Positions 19,172 to 31,310 of a stretch of DNA of 64,000 bases are shown piece by piece. The DNA is taken from positions 6,080,001 to 6,144,000 of the forward strand of contig CBDBDQ010000005.1 of assembly GCA_965203905.1 (NCBI GenBank), read 5' to 3'. The translations under genes were made by a program, and so were the position numbers. Numbering within the stretch: position 1 is the stretch's first letter; each line of letters begins with the position of its first letter. The notes under the pieces are model-generated. The model was not told where the DNA came from. It worked only from the letters and a program-made list of their open reading frames with translations, and made no database searches. This DNA is from Spirochaetia bacterium. GTDB lineage: Bacteria > Spirochaetota > Spirochaetia > SZUA-6 > Bin103.

Positions 19172-20320
19172 TTACTCCCAGTTCCAGGTGCCGAAATTGC
19201 CGTCCACCTTGTCGACGTCGAGGCTGGAGAGCCCGGCAACGGCCGCGCCGGCAAAGACGATCCTGCTGCGACGCCCGCCGTCGAAATACTCGAACTGCGC
19301 GAATCCCGTGATGTGGGCCTCGTAGAGCTGGCTGGTAATGCGCGGCCCGCGTTCCGCCCGATCGGCTGCTCCATCCTGGAACTGGTAGAAACCGAAACCC
19401 CTGGTTCCGATCAGGATGGTGTCTGCGATTTGTGTGAACAGGGTGAGCGGCACGGCGTCCGCGTCGTCCATGGGAGGTTCGATCCGCGCCGAATCCCAAC
19501 TCTCGCCGTCCTCGGAAGAGTGAATCCGACCGCTCTCGTCGGCCACGTACAATCGATCGCCGGCGTCGTTGCGCCACACCCCGCGCAGCCGGCCGGAGCC
19601 GTCAGGCTGCGCGGCCGCGGGTTCCACGTCGTTCAGCACGCTTCCTCGAAGCAGCCGGTCGCCAACCGTCACCCAATACTCACCGAACGCGTGGGTGGCA
19701 TCGAAGGGATGTCCGGACACGTCCTGCAAGACCTCCAACGGTTCGAAGTTCGAGCAGCCCCGGACCGACCAGTACACCCGATACGCCGTCGCATCTTCCT
19801 GCGGCTGGGTAACGGCCAGAATCTCCGTCTCGTCGCCGGTGCCCGGAATCGTGAATACGCGCAGCACCTGCTCGGTGTCGGGCACTCCGGAGGCTCGACC
19901 CCAGGCGGGCGATTCGCCCGCCTGGGCGTAGTACACGCCGCGCACGGTGCCCGCGCACAGCGTGTCACCGGCGGTCGCAAGCCCGACGACCAGCAACTGC
20001 GCCAGCTCGGCGCCGGACCCGTCCCGCGACGGGCGGGTCACCGGCTGCCAGTTGTCTCCCGCGTGCGTTCGGCGCCACATGCCCCCGGCGGCGACGTAGA
20101 AGTGGTTGCCCGCCGACACGACCGCCGTGACCGTCGCCTCGTCGGGCAGGTTGCGGTTGCTGCGCGGGGATTCGGTCGCCAGAGTGTAGAGGATACCCGG
20201 GCCGTCGCAGCTCGCAATTGCCGCCAATACGGCGGCGGTGGCAAGAGCGCGAGCTGTTCCGAGCGGTATCCTGGTCCGCCACCGTCCGCCGCGCCTCGTC
20301 GGCACCCGCTCGCGGTCCAT
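19172..20320 (-). CDS. Lipoprotein with probable beta-propeller fold
   Basis: Lipobox 'AIASC' and beta-strand/W-repeat pattern. ATG 20320 overlaps the upstream stop. Confidence 0.7.
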   Translation of the reverse strand: MDRERVPTRRGGRWRTRIPLGTARALATAAVLAAIASCDGPGILYTLATESPRSNRNLPDEATVTAVVSAGNHFYVAAGGMWRRTHAGDNWQPVTRPSRDGSGAELAQLLVVGLATAGDTLCAGTVRGVYYAQAGESPAWGRASGVPDTEQVLRVFTIPGTGDETEILAVTQPQEDATAYRVYWSVRGCSNFEPLEVLQDVSGHPFDATHAFGEYWVTVGDRLLRGSVLNDVEPAAAQPDGSGRLRGVWRNDAGDRLYVADESGRIHSSEDGESWDSARIEPPMDDADAVPLTLFTQIADTILIGTRGFGFYQFQDGAADRAERGPRITSQLYEAHITGFAQFEYFDGGRRSRIVFAGAAVAGLSSLDVDKVDGNFGTWNWE

Positions 20321-20979
20321 CAGAAGTGATATACCGCGGTGGCGGTAGCGGTGACGAAGTTGCCGAACAGGTGCGGGCTGTCGTTCCCCCCGCCCCATGG
20401 CGGCTCCCAGGTGAACCAGTACTCGGCGGTAACCCCGAACGACCAGTCTGAGGTAGCCCGCCACAGGAACGAGGCGCCGGGCTGCAAGGTAAAGGCGACG
20501 CTGGTCTGGTCCGCCAGTCGCATGACCATGGCGCCCAGTCCCAGCATCAAGGGGATCTCCATCTGTGGCGTACTGATCACGTAGCCGCCGCGGGCGAGAA
20601 TCGGTACCAGGTACAGCAGCGCGGCGTTGTTGGTGATCGCCAACGCCCCGCTCACCTCCATGCCGATGGTGAATGACGGATCCAGGTAGGCGTTCCAGTT
20701 CACGGCGGCCGTCCCCATGAACGAAAGGTTGGGCGAGAGTACCTGCTGGCTTTCCCGCTGATGAGTTTCCACGGGAGCGGTAGCGAGCAGCAACAGCGGC
20801 AGCCCCACGCCCACCCGCATGGACAACGTGTTGTCGCCCAGGTTGTAGCGCGGGATCGCGACCTCCACCTCCGGTTCCGATTCCTGTGACAAGAGTGCCG
20901 GCGGATACAGCGCCATCAGGCCCAGCAGGGACAACGCCAAGACGGTACCGCGCCGGAACCGCCGGGAGAGATACGACAC
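20320..20979 (-). CDS. Small outer-membrane beta-barrel (TP0733/BB0027-like, OmpW-type)
   Basis: Signal peptide, 'GDNTLSMRVG', about 8 amphipathic strands, C-terminal YHF aromatic motif. Confidence 0.75.
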   Translation of the reverse strand: MSYLSRRFRRGTVLALSLLGLMALYPPALLSQESEPEVEVAIPRYNLGDNTLSMRVGVGLPLLLLATAPVETHQRESQQVLSPNLSFMGTAAVNWNAYLDPSFTIGMEVSGALAITNNAALLYLVPILARGGYVISTPQMEIPLMLGLGAMVMRLADQTSVAFTLQPGASFLWRATSDWSFGVTAEYWFTWEPPWGGGNDSPHLFGNFVTATATAVYHF

Positions 20980-21041
20980 TGCGGCTAACCTACTACAGGG
21001 CGGCCGGCGGAGCCAAGCGTCCGAGCGCTCGGCGCGCTCCG

Positions 21042-21470
21042 CTAGCGTCCCTGCCGGGCCACGGTCTTTCGCACGCTGTCGAGGACCCCGTTCACGAACC
21101 GGTACGAGTCGTCATTGCCGAACTGCTTGGCCACCGCGACGCTCTCGTCGATGGTCACCTCGGCCGGTATGTCCGGCTGCCACAGCAGACAGTAGACGCC
21201 GAGCCGGAGCACCGAAAGATCCACCCGCGCCAGGCGATCGAGCTCCCAGTGCTCCAGATGGCGGTCGATCATGGTGTCGACCGCGGCCAGGTTCTCGATA
21301 CAGCCGGCGACCAGCAGGGAGGCGAACTGGAGCGTACCGCGCGGCAACTGCCGGCGCCGCTGCGGTTCGATCCACGAGTAGTCGGTCAGCTCCGCTGGCG
21401 GAGGGCGCGCGATCTCGTAGCGGTACAGGGTCTGCACGGCGATTACCCGTCCGTCGTGCCGCAATCCCAT
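21042..21470 (-). CDS. nusB: Transcription antitermination factor NusB
   Basis: R..AVQTLY, WELDRLARVDLSVLRL, IDESVAVAKQF, FVNGVLD. Confidence 0.95.
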   Translation of the reverse strand: MGLRHDGRVIAVQTLYRYEIARPPPAELTDYSWIEPQRRRQLPRGTLQFASLLVAGCIENLAAVDTMIDRHLEHWELDRLARVDLSVLRLGVYCLLWQPDIPAEVTIDESVAVAKQFGNDDSYRFVNGVLDSVRKTVARQGR

Positions 21471-21483
21471 GGTTCGACAGTCG

Positions 21484-22551
21484 TTACCAGCGGAGGTTGG
21501 CGTCGAAGACACGCACTTCGGCCTGTCCTCGCAGCTCCTCGAGGGTGGCAAGCAGGGCATCCTGGTACGCCTGCGCCTGGACGCTGTTGGCCAGCAGTAC
21601 GCGGATCCGGTCGCGGACGCGGCTGTTGGACAGGGGATTCACCGGATCGTCGAGCCCCAGGATCTTGGCGTCGACCCTGTCCGTGACCTGGATGATGTGA
21701 AAGCCGACGTTGGAGCGCAAAACGCCGCTGATCTCGCCGACGTCCATGGTAAACGGAGCCTCGAAGAATTCCGGACCCAGAAGCTGGCTGGTAGCACGGT
21801 CGTCGCGCCGCAAATAGGTGCCGAAGGTGCCGCCGGCGTCGCGTGAACCGGCGTCCTCGGAGTACTCGCTTACCATGGCACCGAATCCGGCGCCGTTCTG
21901 CAGCTCGCGGTGGACCCGTTCCGCACGCTCCCGCACCGCCAGGCGTGCTGCGGCATCGGCGAGCTGACGGGTGTCGAAGTAGATGTGCTTGAACTGGACC
22001 ATGTCCGGCTGCACGAACACCGTGGTCTTGTTCGCCTCGTAGAACTCCAGCACGTCGGCATCCGTCGGCAGCGGAACGCTGCGCAGCTCGTCGCCGCGCA
22101 CCCGCGCGACGTAGCGCTGCTGGATCAACGCCTTGCGGAGCTGTTCCTGGTACTCCTGCCACGACAGACCGGTCTGGCTGACCAGTGACTGGTATTCGGT
22201 GAGTGTCAGCGGGCGCCCGAGGTTGAGACGCCAGCTCTCCTGCTGCCGGAGCTGGTCGATGCGTTCCGCCACGTCGTCGGCGGTCACCTCGATGCGAGCC
22301 TCCGCGGCGGCCTGCTCGAACAGCTTCTCGCCGACCAACAGGTCAAGAATGGAGGTCCGCTGCTGCTCCGGCACCGGCTGGCCGGTGCGCGCCTCCAGCA
22401 CCTCCAGCTGGGTACGGAGCTGGCGCACGCTGACCACGTCCAGCTTGTGCAGACGCACGGTGGCCGCCGGGCGGTCGATGGCCTGGGCCATGACCGCGGC
22501 AGGCGCCAGGATGGCAAGAATCAGAGTAAGGGCTGTCGTGCGTGCGACCAC
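21484..22551 (-). CDS. surA: SurA-like periplasmic chaperone / parvulin peptidyl-prolyl isomerase
   Basis: GTG 22551 after GGAGG. SurA N-domain and a rotamase domain (KHIYF, YSED..S...GG, GEISGVLRSNVGFHII). Confidence 0.8.
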   Translation of the reverse strand: MVARTTALTLILAILAPAAVMAQAIDRPAATVRLHKLDVVSVRQLRTQLEVLEARTGQPVPEQQRTSILDLLVGEKLFEQAAAEARIEVTADDVAERIDQLRQQESWRLNLGRPLTLTEYQSLVSQTGLSWQEYQEQLRKALIQQRYVARVRGDELRSVPLPTDADVLEFYEANKTTVFVQPDMVQFKHIYFDTRQLADAAARLAVRERAERVHRELQNGAGFGAMVSEYSEDAGSRDAGGTFGTYLRRDDRATSQLLGPEFFEAPFTMDVGEISGVLRSNVGFHIIQVTDRVDAKILGLDDPVNPLSNSRVRDRIRVLLANSVQAQAYQDALLATLEELRGQAEVRVFDANLRW

Positions 22552-22743
22552 TGCACCTCCTGTTCGCTGCCCAGAATATACTACGCCCCGCAATGTCCAG
22601 CGGCCGCGAATGTCGATTTCTTCGGCAGGGCGGACTGCCAGCGCCCCCGAAACCATCGCCCGTCGGCGTCGCTGTCGGCCCAGCCCCGTCTCCCGTACGG
22701 AGTCCTGTCGGAGCTGCGGCTGACGCGCCCGTCCGACCGACTC

Positions 22744-23547
22744 TTAGCGGAAGGAAGCCGCCAGATCGCTGAAGCCGATCTTCTCCTTCAGCTTCTTTAC
22801 GCCGGCCAGCTTGTGGTCCAGCTCCAGGCCCCTGCGGAGATGATCGGCGGCGCGCTCGTTGGCACCGCTGCTGGAATAGATCTCGGCGATCTTCTTGTGA
22901 AAGAACGCCGACTCCTTGCGTGAGATGTTGAGATCGATCAGGTCCTGAATGTGCGCGATTACCGCCGCCGCCGGCAGCAGCGGCACCATCTTGAAGCAGG
23001 TCAGGATCCGCAATCGGTCCACCACCTCCTCGATGAAATGATGGAAGTACGGCCGCTCGCGTTCGTGCAGGTAGAGACGCCGGTACAGGTCCACGGCGCG
23101 GATCAGGTCACCGCGTCGTTCGAACGCCTCCGCCAACAGGAAGGAGCAATCCATGAAGTCGGCGTGAGACATGTACTGGCGCAGGTCGATGTGCGATATC
23201 AGGAGCTGCTCGTACGTCTCCAGGGCCTCCTCGTCGTGGGAGTGCAGCAGATCGTAGAAGATCAGCCTGGTCTGGCTGACGTAGTCCGTGCGCCGCCGGC
23301 GCAGGAACTCGCGATAGTCGAAGGTGACGGTTCGGAACAGGCTGGCATGGGTACGATCGTAGTTGACGCGGCGCTGCGGGTCACTGAGCACCTCGTAGGC
23401 GTCGATCAGCGAACGCATCCGCTCCTCGGAGCCCGACGAGGCGGTGTCGGGATGAAGCTCTTTGGCGCGGCGGCGGAAGGACCGTTTGATCTCGACCGCG
23501 CTGGCCCGGGGAGAGACGCCGAGGGTCTGGTAGTAGTTCGGAGACAA
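22744..23547 (-). CDS. DnaJ-domain protein with TPR-like C-terminus
   Basis: NYYQTLGV...IKRSFRRRAKELHPD...AYEVLSDPQRR..YD. Confidence 0.88.
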   Translation of the reverse strand: MSPNYYQTLGVSPRASAVEIKRSFRRRAKELHPDTASSGSEERMRSLIDAYEVLSDPQRRVNYDRTHASLFRTVTFDYREFLRRRRTDYVSQTRLIFYDLLHSHDEEALETYEQLLISHIDLRQYMSHADFMDCSFLLAEAFERRGDLIRAVDLYRRLYLHERERPYFHHFIEEVVDRLRILTCFKMVPLLPAAAVIAHIQDLIDLNISRKESAFFHKKIAEIYSSSGANERAADHLRRGLELDHKLAGVKKLKEKIGFSDLAASFR

Positions 23548-23636
23548 AGTATCCCTCCGCCTCGCCGACGACCACCCCCTCCCTGGCAACCACGACGGAC
23601 CTGCCCGACAGTAACCCCTGCCGAACACCGGGTGCG

Positions 23637-23665
23637 ACTGTAGATGAACGCTCCTGCCGTGTCAA
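23637..23665 (-). promoter_or_regulatory. Sigma70-type promoter for the J-domain/surA/nusB cluster
   Basis: Minus strand TTGACA-17 bp-TACAGT. Confidence 0.7.
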
Positions 23666-23744
23666 CCATCCACGCGGGGCGGCGGCCGGCGCCGGGGAGT
23701 TGCCGGGCGCTGCGTCTCGTGGTACTAGGGGGACAACTGCCGCG

Positions 23745-24518
23745 ATGCTTGGATTCCTGGTCAAGAAGGCGTTCTTCGATACCTGGGACAACCTGTTCCG
23801 GGTACTGCTCCTCAACATCGGCTTCTACGCGCCGGTCGCTCTGCTGGTGTACGCGCCACTGATCACCCCGGTTCTGCCCCTCACGCTGCTGCTCCAGGTC
23901 GTGGCGCTGGGACTGTTCTGCATCTACACCGGGGGAGCCAGTGCGGTAGCCAGCGCCATCGCCGACTATCAGTCGCCCGACTTCGCGATGTTCTGGCAGG
24001 CAATCCAGGACACGTATCCGACGACGCTGCTGTTCGCCCTGGTGAACAGCGTCTACTTCGTCATCCTCTCGGTGGCGTTTCGGGTGTACGCGGTGGTCGA
24101 CCAGCAGCTGCTCGGCTTCCTCGGCCAGGTGATTCTGCTATGGGTTACCGTGGGCTGGGTGCTGGCGGCGCAGTTCTTCTTTCCGATCCAGTCGCGCCTG
24201 GAGCGCAACCCTCGCAAGATGGTCCGCAAGATGCTGCTGCTGTTCTTTGACAACACCGGCTTCATGATCTTTCTCGCGTGCGGTGCCCTGGTGGTGGTGG
24301 CTGCATCGGTGTTCACCGGCGGCATCCTGCCGGGACTTGGCGCCGTCCTGGTGTGGCACAACGTCGCTCTCAAGTTGCGACTCTACAAGTACGACCATCT
24401 GGAGCAGCACCCGGAGTCGAACCGCAAGCAGATTCCCTGGGACGCGCTGCTGGTGGACGACCGGGATCGGGTAGGGAAGCGCACGCTGCGCGGAATGATC
24501 TTCCCGTGGAAGGAATAG
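23745..24518 (+). CDS. Conserved hypothetical membrane protein
   Basis: MLGFLVKKAFFDTWDNL..., about 6 TM helices, C-terminal 'IPWDALL...RTLRGMIFPWKE'. Confidence 0.8.
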   Translation: MLGFLVKKAFFDTWDNLFRVLLLNIGFYAPVALLVYAPLITPVLPLTLLLQVVALGLFCIYTGGASAVASAIADYQSPDFAMFWQAIQDTYPTTLLFALVNSVYFVILSVAFRVYAVVDQQLLGFLGQVILLWVTVGWVLAAQFFFPIQSRLERNPRKMVRKMLLLFFDNTGFMIFLACGALVVVAASVFTGGILPGLGAVLVWHNVALKLRLYKYDHLEQHPESNRKQIPWDALLVDDRDRVGKRTLRGMIFPWKE

Positions 24519-24552
24519 CGGCCCGTGCAGGACTGGCAGCCGGTGGCGGCTG

Positions 24553-24966
24553 TTACGAGATGTGCAGGCGCCGGCCTACCTCTGCGGCCTCCACGTCGGA
24601 GTTCAGGACGCCGGAGTTCTTGAGGAACATCCCCTCCCCCTCCATCGCCTTCATGAGCCGCTGCAACGCCCGGTTCGAACTCAGGGTGGACTTGGACACG
24701 AACGCGTAACAGCGTTTTCCGGAGATCATCCCGGCGCCCTTCAGGTAGCGCGTCACGACCTCCGGGAGCTTGCCGGTAAAGGTGGTAATCGACTCCCCAC
24801 CGACGGCAATGTACTGGTAGATGGTCAACTTGCTGTTTACATCGTGGCCACCGTCGATCACGTCCACCTGGTGGCCCTGCTCCTGGATGCCTTTGGCCAG
24901 CGCCTGTGCCAGGCCCAGCAGGCGCTTGCGACTCTTGCCTTCGAAAAACACTACCGCGGTTCGCAT
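24553..24966 (-). CDS. Flavodoxin-like fold small protein
   Basis: Strand-helix pattern 'AVVFF...LAQALAKGIQEQGHQVDVI...YQYIAVG'. No canonical FMN-binding loop seen. Confidence 0.7.
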   Translation of the reverse strand: MRTAVVFFEGKSRKRLLGLAQALAKGIQEQGHQVDVIDGGHDVNSKLTIYQYIAVGGESITTFTGKLPEVVTRYLKGAGMISGKRCYAFVSKSTLSSNRALQRLMKAMEGEGMFLKNSGVLNSDVEAAEVGRRLHIS

Positions 24967-24973
24967 ACTCGGG

Positions 24974-26329
24974 GTGCTCCAGTATAGGAAGCCGTCAAAA
25001 CACCGGTCAACGGCGGCCGCCGGTGCGGCTCGACGGCGACCGCGAGGCGGCCGTCCGGCACTGGCGGTTGCCCTGCTCGCCAGCCTCACGCTGGCCGCGA
25101 CCTGCCCCACCGCGCCCTCGCCCGAGGTCACGCCCGACAGCATCGTCCTGGTGGACTCGGCCGCGCCCTACTACTCGCTGCAGGTGAGTGCCGATCGCAC
25201 GCAGTGGATCGCGGTGTTCGCCGACGCTACCGACCTGACCCTGAAGCTGGTGCGCGGCCCGCTGGCGCAGCCGGAGGCGGGCGTCAGCTCCACGACCACC
25301 ATCGACCGCATCGACGTGCCGCCGGGGATCAACCCCTATTTCGGCCGCCACGCGTTCTTCGAGCACGCCGGTGTCGAGCATCTGTTCTACAGCGATCAGG
25401 AACTGGCCGACGCACGGGTCACCAAGTGGGTGTACCGGGCGGCGGCCAGCGAAGACCCCTGGACCGTAGACCTGCTGCCCGAGGCGATACTGCCGATTGC
25501 CGCGTTGGCAGCGACCGAAGAGTCGTCCGCGCAACCACAGTTCACCCTGTATGGAGTCGTGGACGCACCTCTGGAGGATCCGGACGCGGCCGTCGTCGCC
25601 TACGGCGTGCGCCCCGACGCCGTCACCGAGCCGTCGGCGACGGCCGTGGGCGAGAGGCGGCTGGTCGTCAGCGGTGTGGCGCAGGCGCAGGTGGACGGCG
25701 TTGCGGGTCCCCTGGTGAGCCGGTATGGCTGCTCCGGTCGCAACGGATTCGCCGCCCAGGACGCTGCCGGCCTGCTGCTGGTGGAGGACACCGGCGAGCC
25801 GCGTCGGGTCGCGCTGCGGAGTCTCACGGGGGCAGCCGGACCAACCGCCATCGGCTGCGGCTCGCAGGGGATGCTGATCGTGTACGCGCGCGACGAGCCG
25901 CGGGCCATGCGCACCAGTTCCGGACCCGCGCTCCAGGCGCACGAGGTGGTGGCGATGCGCGTGGACCGCAGGGGCGCGGTCGGCGCCGAGATCAAGGTCA
26001 CCCTGGCGCGTGACGTAAACGTGCTGGCGGTGTTCCCGGAGCCGCCGGCGGCCGACTCGGACACGCCGGCCCTGTCGGTACTGTTCTCGGAGCTGGCCCT
26101 GGACCCTGCGGGCGAAGCCGAGTACCGCCTGTCGCTGGTGACCCCGGAAGAGGACGGGTACGGGAAGCGCGTGCTGGTGCGCGGCGCGCAGCCGGTGCAG
26201 GACCTGCGCGCCCTCCGCGTCGGCGGCGAACTGATCGTCGCGTTCCGGCGCGCCCGCGAGTTGCGCCTGCTGCGCACCCCCATCGCCATGCACCCCGGCG
26301 GCGATCCACAGAGCGGGGGAAGCTGGTAG
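24974..26329 (+). CDS. Hypothetical exported lipoprotein (start uncertain)
   Basis: Lipobox-like 'LTLAATC', beta-rich body, host codon usage. Confidence 0.65.
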   Translation: MLQYRKPSKHRSTAAAGAARRRPRGGRPALAVALLASLTLAATCPTAPSPEVTPDSIVLVDSAAPYYSLQVSADRTQWIAVFADATDLTLKLVRGPLAQPEAGVSSTTTIDRIDVPPGINPYFGRHAFFEHAGVEHLFYSDQELADARVTKWVYRAAASEDPWTVDLLPEAILPIAALAATEESSAQPQFTLYGVVDAPLEDPDAAVVAYGVRPDAVTEPSATAVGERRLVVSGVAQAQVDGVAGPLVSRYGCSGRNGFAAQDAAGLLLVEDTGEPRRVALRSLTGAAGPTAIGCGSQGMLIVYARDEPRAMRTSSGPALQAHEVVAMRVDRRGAVGAEIKVTLARDVNVLAVFPEPPAADSDTPALSVLFSELALDPAGEAEYRLSLVTPEEDGYGKRVLVRGAQPVQDLRALRVGGELIVAFRRARELRLLRTPIAMHPGGDPQSGGSW

Positions 26330-26358
26330 GGGACGACGACGAAGTAGACGGTACAGTG

Positions 26359-26847
26359 TCAGCGGCCGCTGCGGCCGTGGTGCCGGCGGGCGACCGCCAG
26401 GCGCGTGGCCGACTGACGCAGGGCGTCATGGGCATGGCCCAGCTCGACTCCGGTCGGGCCCCGCTCCAGGGTCTCCAGGGCGCGGCGATGCGCCGCTTCC
26501 GCCAGCTCCAGATCGATCTCGGCGGCGTGCTCGGCACGGTCCGCGAGCACCACCACGTGGTCGGGCAACACCTGCATCAGGCCGCCGCCGATCGCCACGT
26601 AACGATCCTGCTCCCCTTCTGCCCGGATCACCAGCTCGCCATGCTCCAGGGCGGTCAGCATCGGCTGGTGGAGCGGCAGAATGCCGACCTCGCCGTCCGC
26701 ACCCGGTGCTGTCACCATGTTCACCTCGGCGTCGAACAACTGCCGTTCGATGGTGAGGATCTCGAGCCGCAGGCGCCCGGCCGCCGGACCGCCTCCAGCC
26801 TCGCGTTCGGAGGCCCGCGGAGTCACGGACTGACCGTGCTGGCTCAC
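26359..26847 (-). CDS. atpC: F1 ATP synthase epsilon subunit
   Basis: GEVGILPLHQPMLTAL, AIGGG, VLADRAE..EID. Confidence 0.95.
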   Translation of the reverse strand: MSQHGQSVTPRASEREAGGGPAAGRLRLEILTIERQLFDAEVNMVTAPGADGEVGILPLHQPMLTALEHGELVIRAEGEQDRYVAIGGGLMQVLPDHVVVLADRAEHAAEIDLELAEAAHRRALETLERGPTGVELGHAHDALRQSATRLAVARRHHGRSGR

Positions 26848-26848
26848 G

Positions 26849-28288
<1,440 letters not shown>

Positions 28289-28306
28289 TCACTCTCTCCC
28301 GCGCGC

Positions 28307-29239
28307 TCAGCGCGCCGCCGCCAGCGCCTCGGCGCCGCCGGCGATGTCCAGCATCTCCTCGGTGATCGACTGCTGGCGCACCTTGTTGTAGGTCATGGTC
28401 AGGTCCTTGAGCAGATCGTTGGCGTTCTCGGTGGCGTTGCGCATCGCCACCATGCGCGCGGCATGCTCGCTGGCCAGCGACTCCACCACCGCCTGGTAGA
28501 TCTGCAGCTCCACGAAGCGGCGCACCACCTGCTCCAGCAAGTCCTCCGCCGCCGACTCGTAGCTGAAGCCGCCGGCCAGCGGCGGCGGGGTAGCGCGCAG
28601 ATAGCGGCCCATGACCGGCGTGCGCTCGCCGCGCGGCGGTTCCTCGTCCAGCTCCAGCGGGTGCAGTGGCAGCAGCCGCCGCACCTGCGGCTCCTGGCGC
28701 AGCACGTTCAGAAAGTCGGTGTAGGCGATGTACACCGCGTCGCTGGCGCCGCTCAGAAAGCCATCCGTCGCGCTGCGGGCGATCGGTGCCACGTCCATCT
28801 CGCCGGGCCGGTCGGGCAGGTCGCCGAACTCGGCATCGATCACGAACCCGGCGCGCAGCATCGAATCGCGCCCCTTGCGACCGACGGTGATCAGCCGCAG
28901 CTCAGGGCCGCTCTGACGCTCCAGGAAGCCGCGCGCGGCGCGGATCACGGAGCCGTTGTAGGCCCCCGCCAGCCCACGGTCACCCGAGATCAGGATCAGC
29001 ACCACGGAGCGTACCGGATCGCGTTCCGTCAGCAGCGGCGCCGGGACGTCGCCCACCGCCTGCTGGGCGGCAAGGTGGGTAAGCAGCTCCCAGGCCTTGG
29101 CCGCGTAGGGGCGCGAGGCGGTCACCTGCTCCTGGGCCCGCCGCATGCGCGAGGCGGCCACCATCTCCATCGCGCGGGTGACCTGTGACAGGTTGCGGAT
29201 GCTGCGAATGCGGTTGCGCAGCTCACGGACCGACGCCAC
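28307..29239 (-). CDS. atpG: F1 ATP synthase gamma subunit
   Basis: VTRAMEMVAASR, DRGLAGAYN, SEHAARMVAMRNATENA, RQQSITEE. Confidence 0.97.
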   Translation of the reverse strand: MASVRELRNRIRSIRNLSQVTRAMEMVAASRMRRAQEQVTASRPYAAKAWELLTHLAAQQAVGDVPAPLLTERDPVRSVVLILISGDRGLAGAYNGSVIRAARGFLERQSGPELRLITVGRKGRDSMLRAGFVIDAEFGDLPDRPGEMDVAPIARSATDGFLSGASDAVYIAYTDFLNVLRQEPQVRRLLPLHPLELDEEPPRGERTPVMGRYLRATPPPLAGGFSYESAAEDLLEQVVRRFVELQIYQAVVESLASEHAARMVAMRNATENANDLLKDLTMTYNKVRQQSITEEMLDIAGGAEALAAAR

Positions 29240-29259
29240 GCTCCGTGCCTATTCGGGCC

Positions 29260-30789
29260 TCAGGCCCGCTCCTCCGTTACCTCGTAGCCCGCCTGCCGGG
29301 TGTATCCGGCGACTGCCTCGGACAGGCTCGCGTCAAGCTCCTCGGTGAGCTCCAACTGCGAATCGATGCCGCGAATGATGGCCGGCTGGGTGCCGGCGAT
29401 GTGCTTGACAAGGCCGTCGACGTAGCCGCCGATGGCACTGGCCGGTACCTGGCGGGCGAAGCCGCGGGTCAGGGCGAAGACTCCAATCACCTGGTGCGCC
29501 AACTCCTGCGGCTGGTACTGCGGCTGCTTGAGCAGCTCGGTAAGGCGCTGACCGCGCTCCAGTTGACCGCGCGTGGTCTGGTCCAGGTCGGAGCCGAACT
29601 GGGCGAACGCCGCCAGCGCGTAGTACTGGGCCAACTCCAGGCGCAGTTGTCCGGCGACCTGCTTCATCGCCTTGGTCTGGGCGTCGCCGCCTACCCGCGA
29701 GACCGACAGGCCCACGTTCACCGCCGGCCGCTGGCCGGCGTAGAACAGGTCCGACTCCAGGTAGATCTGGCCGTCGGTGATGGAGATGACGTTGGTGGGG
29801 ATGTAGGCGCTGACGTCGCCGGCCAGGGTCTCGATGATCGGCAGCGCGGTGAGCGATCCGTCGCCGCGCTCCGGAGACAGCCTCGCGGCCCGCTCCAGCA
29901 GCCGCGAGTGCAGGTAGAACACGTCGCCGGGATACGCTTCGCGCCCCGGCGGCCGGCGCAGCAGCAGGGATATCTGGCGGTAGGCCCAGGCGTGCTTGCT
30001 GAGGTCGTCGTAGACCACCAGCACGTCCTTGCCCTGCTCCATGAAGTACTCGCCGATGGCGCAGCCGGCATACGGGGCTACGTACTGCTGCGGCGCCGAA
30101 TCGGCGGCCCCTGCCACCACCACCACGGTGTGCTCCATGGCGTCGTGCTCGCGCAGCGTGGCTACCACCTGGGCGACCTGACCCTGGCGCTGGCCGATCG
30201 CCACGTAGACGCAGATCAGGTCCTTGCCCTTCTGGTTGATGATGGTGTCGACCGCCAGCGCCGTCTTGCCGGTCTGGCGGTCGCCGATCACGAGCTGGCG
30301 CTGGCCGCGGCCGATGGGGGTCATCGAGTCGATCGCCTTGATCCCGGTCTGCACCGGGGTATCGACGTTCACCCGTTCCACCACGCCCGGCGCGACCCGC
30401 TCGATCGGCATCGTGGCGGTGGTGCGGATCGAGCCCTGGCCATCCACCGGCGCGCCGTTGGCATCCACCACCCTGCCGATCATCGCATCGCCGACGGGAA
30501 TCGAGGCGATGCGGCCGGTGCTCTTGACCAGCGCACCCTCTTCGATGTGGGCGTACTCGCCGACGATGACGGCCCCCACCTCGTCCGGTTCCAGGTTGAG
30601 GGCGATGCCCTGGACTCCGCCGGGGAACTCCAGCAGCTCGGTGGCCATCACCCGGGACAGGCCGCCGATGCGGGCGATGCCGTCGCCCACGGAAAGCACC
30701 GTGCCGACCTCGCTGGCCTCCAGCGGCGCCTCGAAGCCCTCGATGCGCCGGCGAATCTCATCGGTGATACGGTCGAGCTTGAAGTCCAT
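29260..30789 (-). CDS. atpA: F1 ATP synthase alpha subunit
   Basis: [43 protein letters not shown]. Confidence 0.98.
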   Translation of the reverse strand: MDFKLDRITDEIRRRIEGFEAPLEASEVGTVLSVGDGIARIGGLSRVMATELLEFPGGVQGIALNLEPDEVGAVIVGEYAHIEEGALVKSTGRIASIPVGDAMIGRVVDANGAPVDGQGSIRTTATMPIERVAPGVVERVNVDTPVQTGIKAIDSMTPIGRGQRQLVIGDRQTGKTALAVDTIINQKGKDLICVYVAIGQRQGQVAQVVATLREHDAMEHTVVVVAGAADSAPQQYVAPYAGCAIGEYFMEQGKDVLVVYDDLSKHAWAYRQISLLLRRPPGREAYPGDVFYLHSRLLERAARLSPERGDGSLTALPIIETLAGDVSAYIPTNVISITDGQIYLESDLFYAGQRPAVNVGLSVSRVGGDAQTKAMKQVAGQLRLELAQYYALAAFAQFGSDLDQTTRGQLERGQRLTELLKQPQYQPQELAHQVIGVFALTRGFARQVPASAIGGYVDGLVKHIAGTQPAIIRGIDSQLELTEELDASLSEAVAGYTRQAGYEVTEERA

Positions 30790-30791
30790 GG

Positions 30792-31310
30792 TCAGTTTCC
30801 TCGCACCAGGGCACTGTCGATGGCCTGCAGCCTGGTGCGCACGCTACCGTCCACCACCTGGTCGCCGAGGCGCACCACGGCGCCGCCCACGATGCTCGCA
30901 TCCACGTCGAAGGACACGCTCAGGTCGGCGCCGTGGGTCTGCTGGAGATTGGCGACGAAACGCTGCCGCTCCTCGGCATCCAGGGCGTAGGCCGTGGTGA
31001 CAATCGCCATGCGCGCCTGCGGTCCGCCGCTGGCCATCGCCCCCATCCAGTCGACGATGGCCGGCAACTGCCCCAGGTCGCCGCGCTCCAGCAGCGTGAA
31101 CAGGAAGTTGCTGCAGCCTTCACCGGCGGTATTCGGCAGCAATTCCTGAAGGCGACTCTGGCGGGAGCTGAAAGCAGCCGAACGGTCGCTGAGCTGGGCC
31201 AGAAGGTCCGGTTCCCGCTCCAATTGCCCGCGGAGGCCGCGCAGCGTGCTCAACCAGGGTTCAGCCGCGCTCGCGAACGCCGCCAGTGCGTAGTTGCGCG
31301 CGTCCGTCAC
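30792..31310 (-). CDS. atpH: F1 ATP synthase delta subunit
   Basis: [29 protein letters not shown]; operon position. Confidence 0.93.
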   Translation of the reverse strand: MTDARNYALAAFASAAEPWLSTLRGLRGQLEREPDLLAQLSDRSAAFSSRQSRLQELLPNTAGEGCSNFLFTLLERGDLGQLPAIVDWMGAMASGGPQARMAIVTTAYALDAEERQRFVANLQQTHGADLSVSFDVDASIVGGAVVRLGDQVVDGSVRTRLQAIDSALVRGN

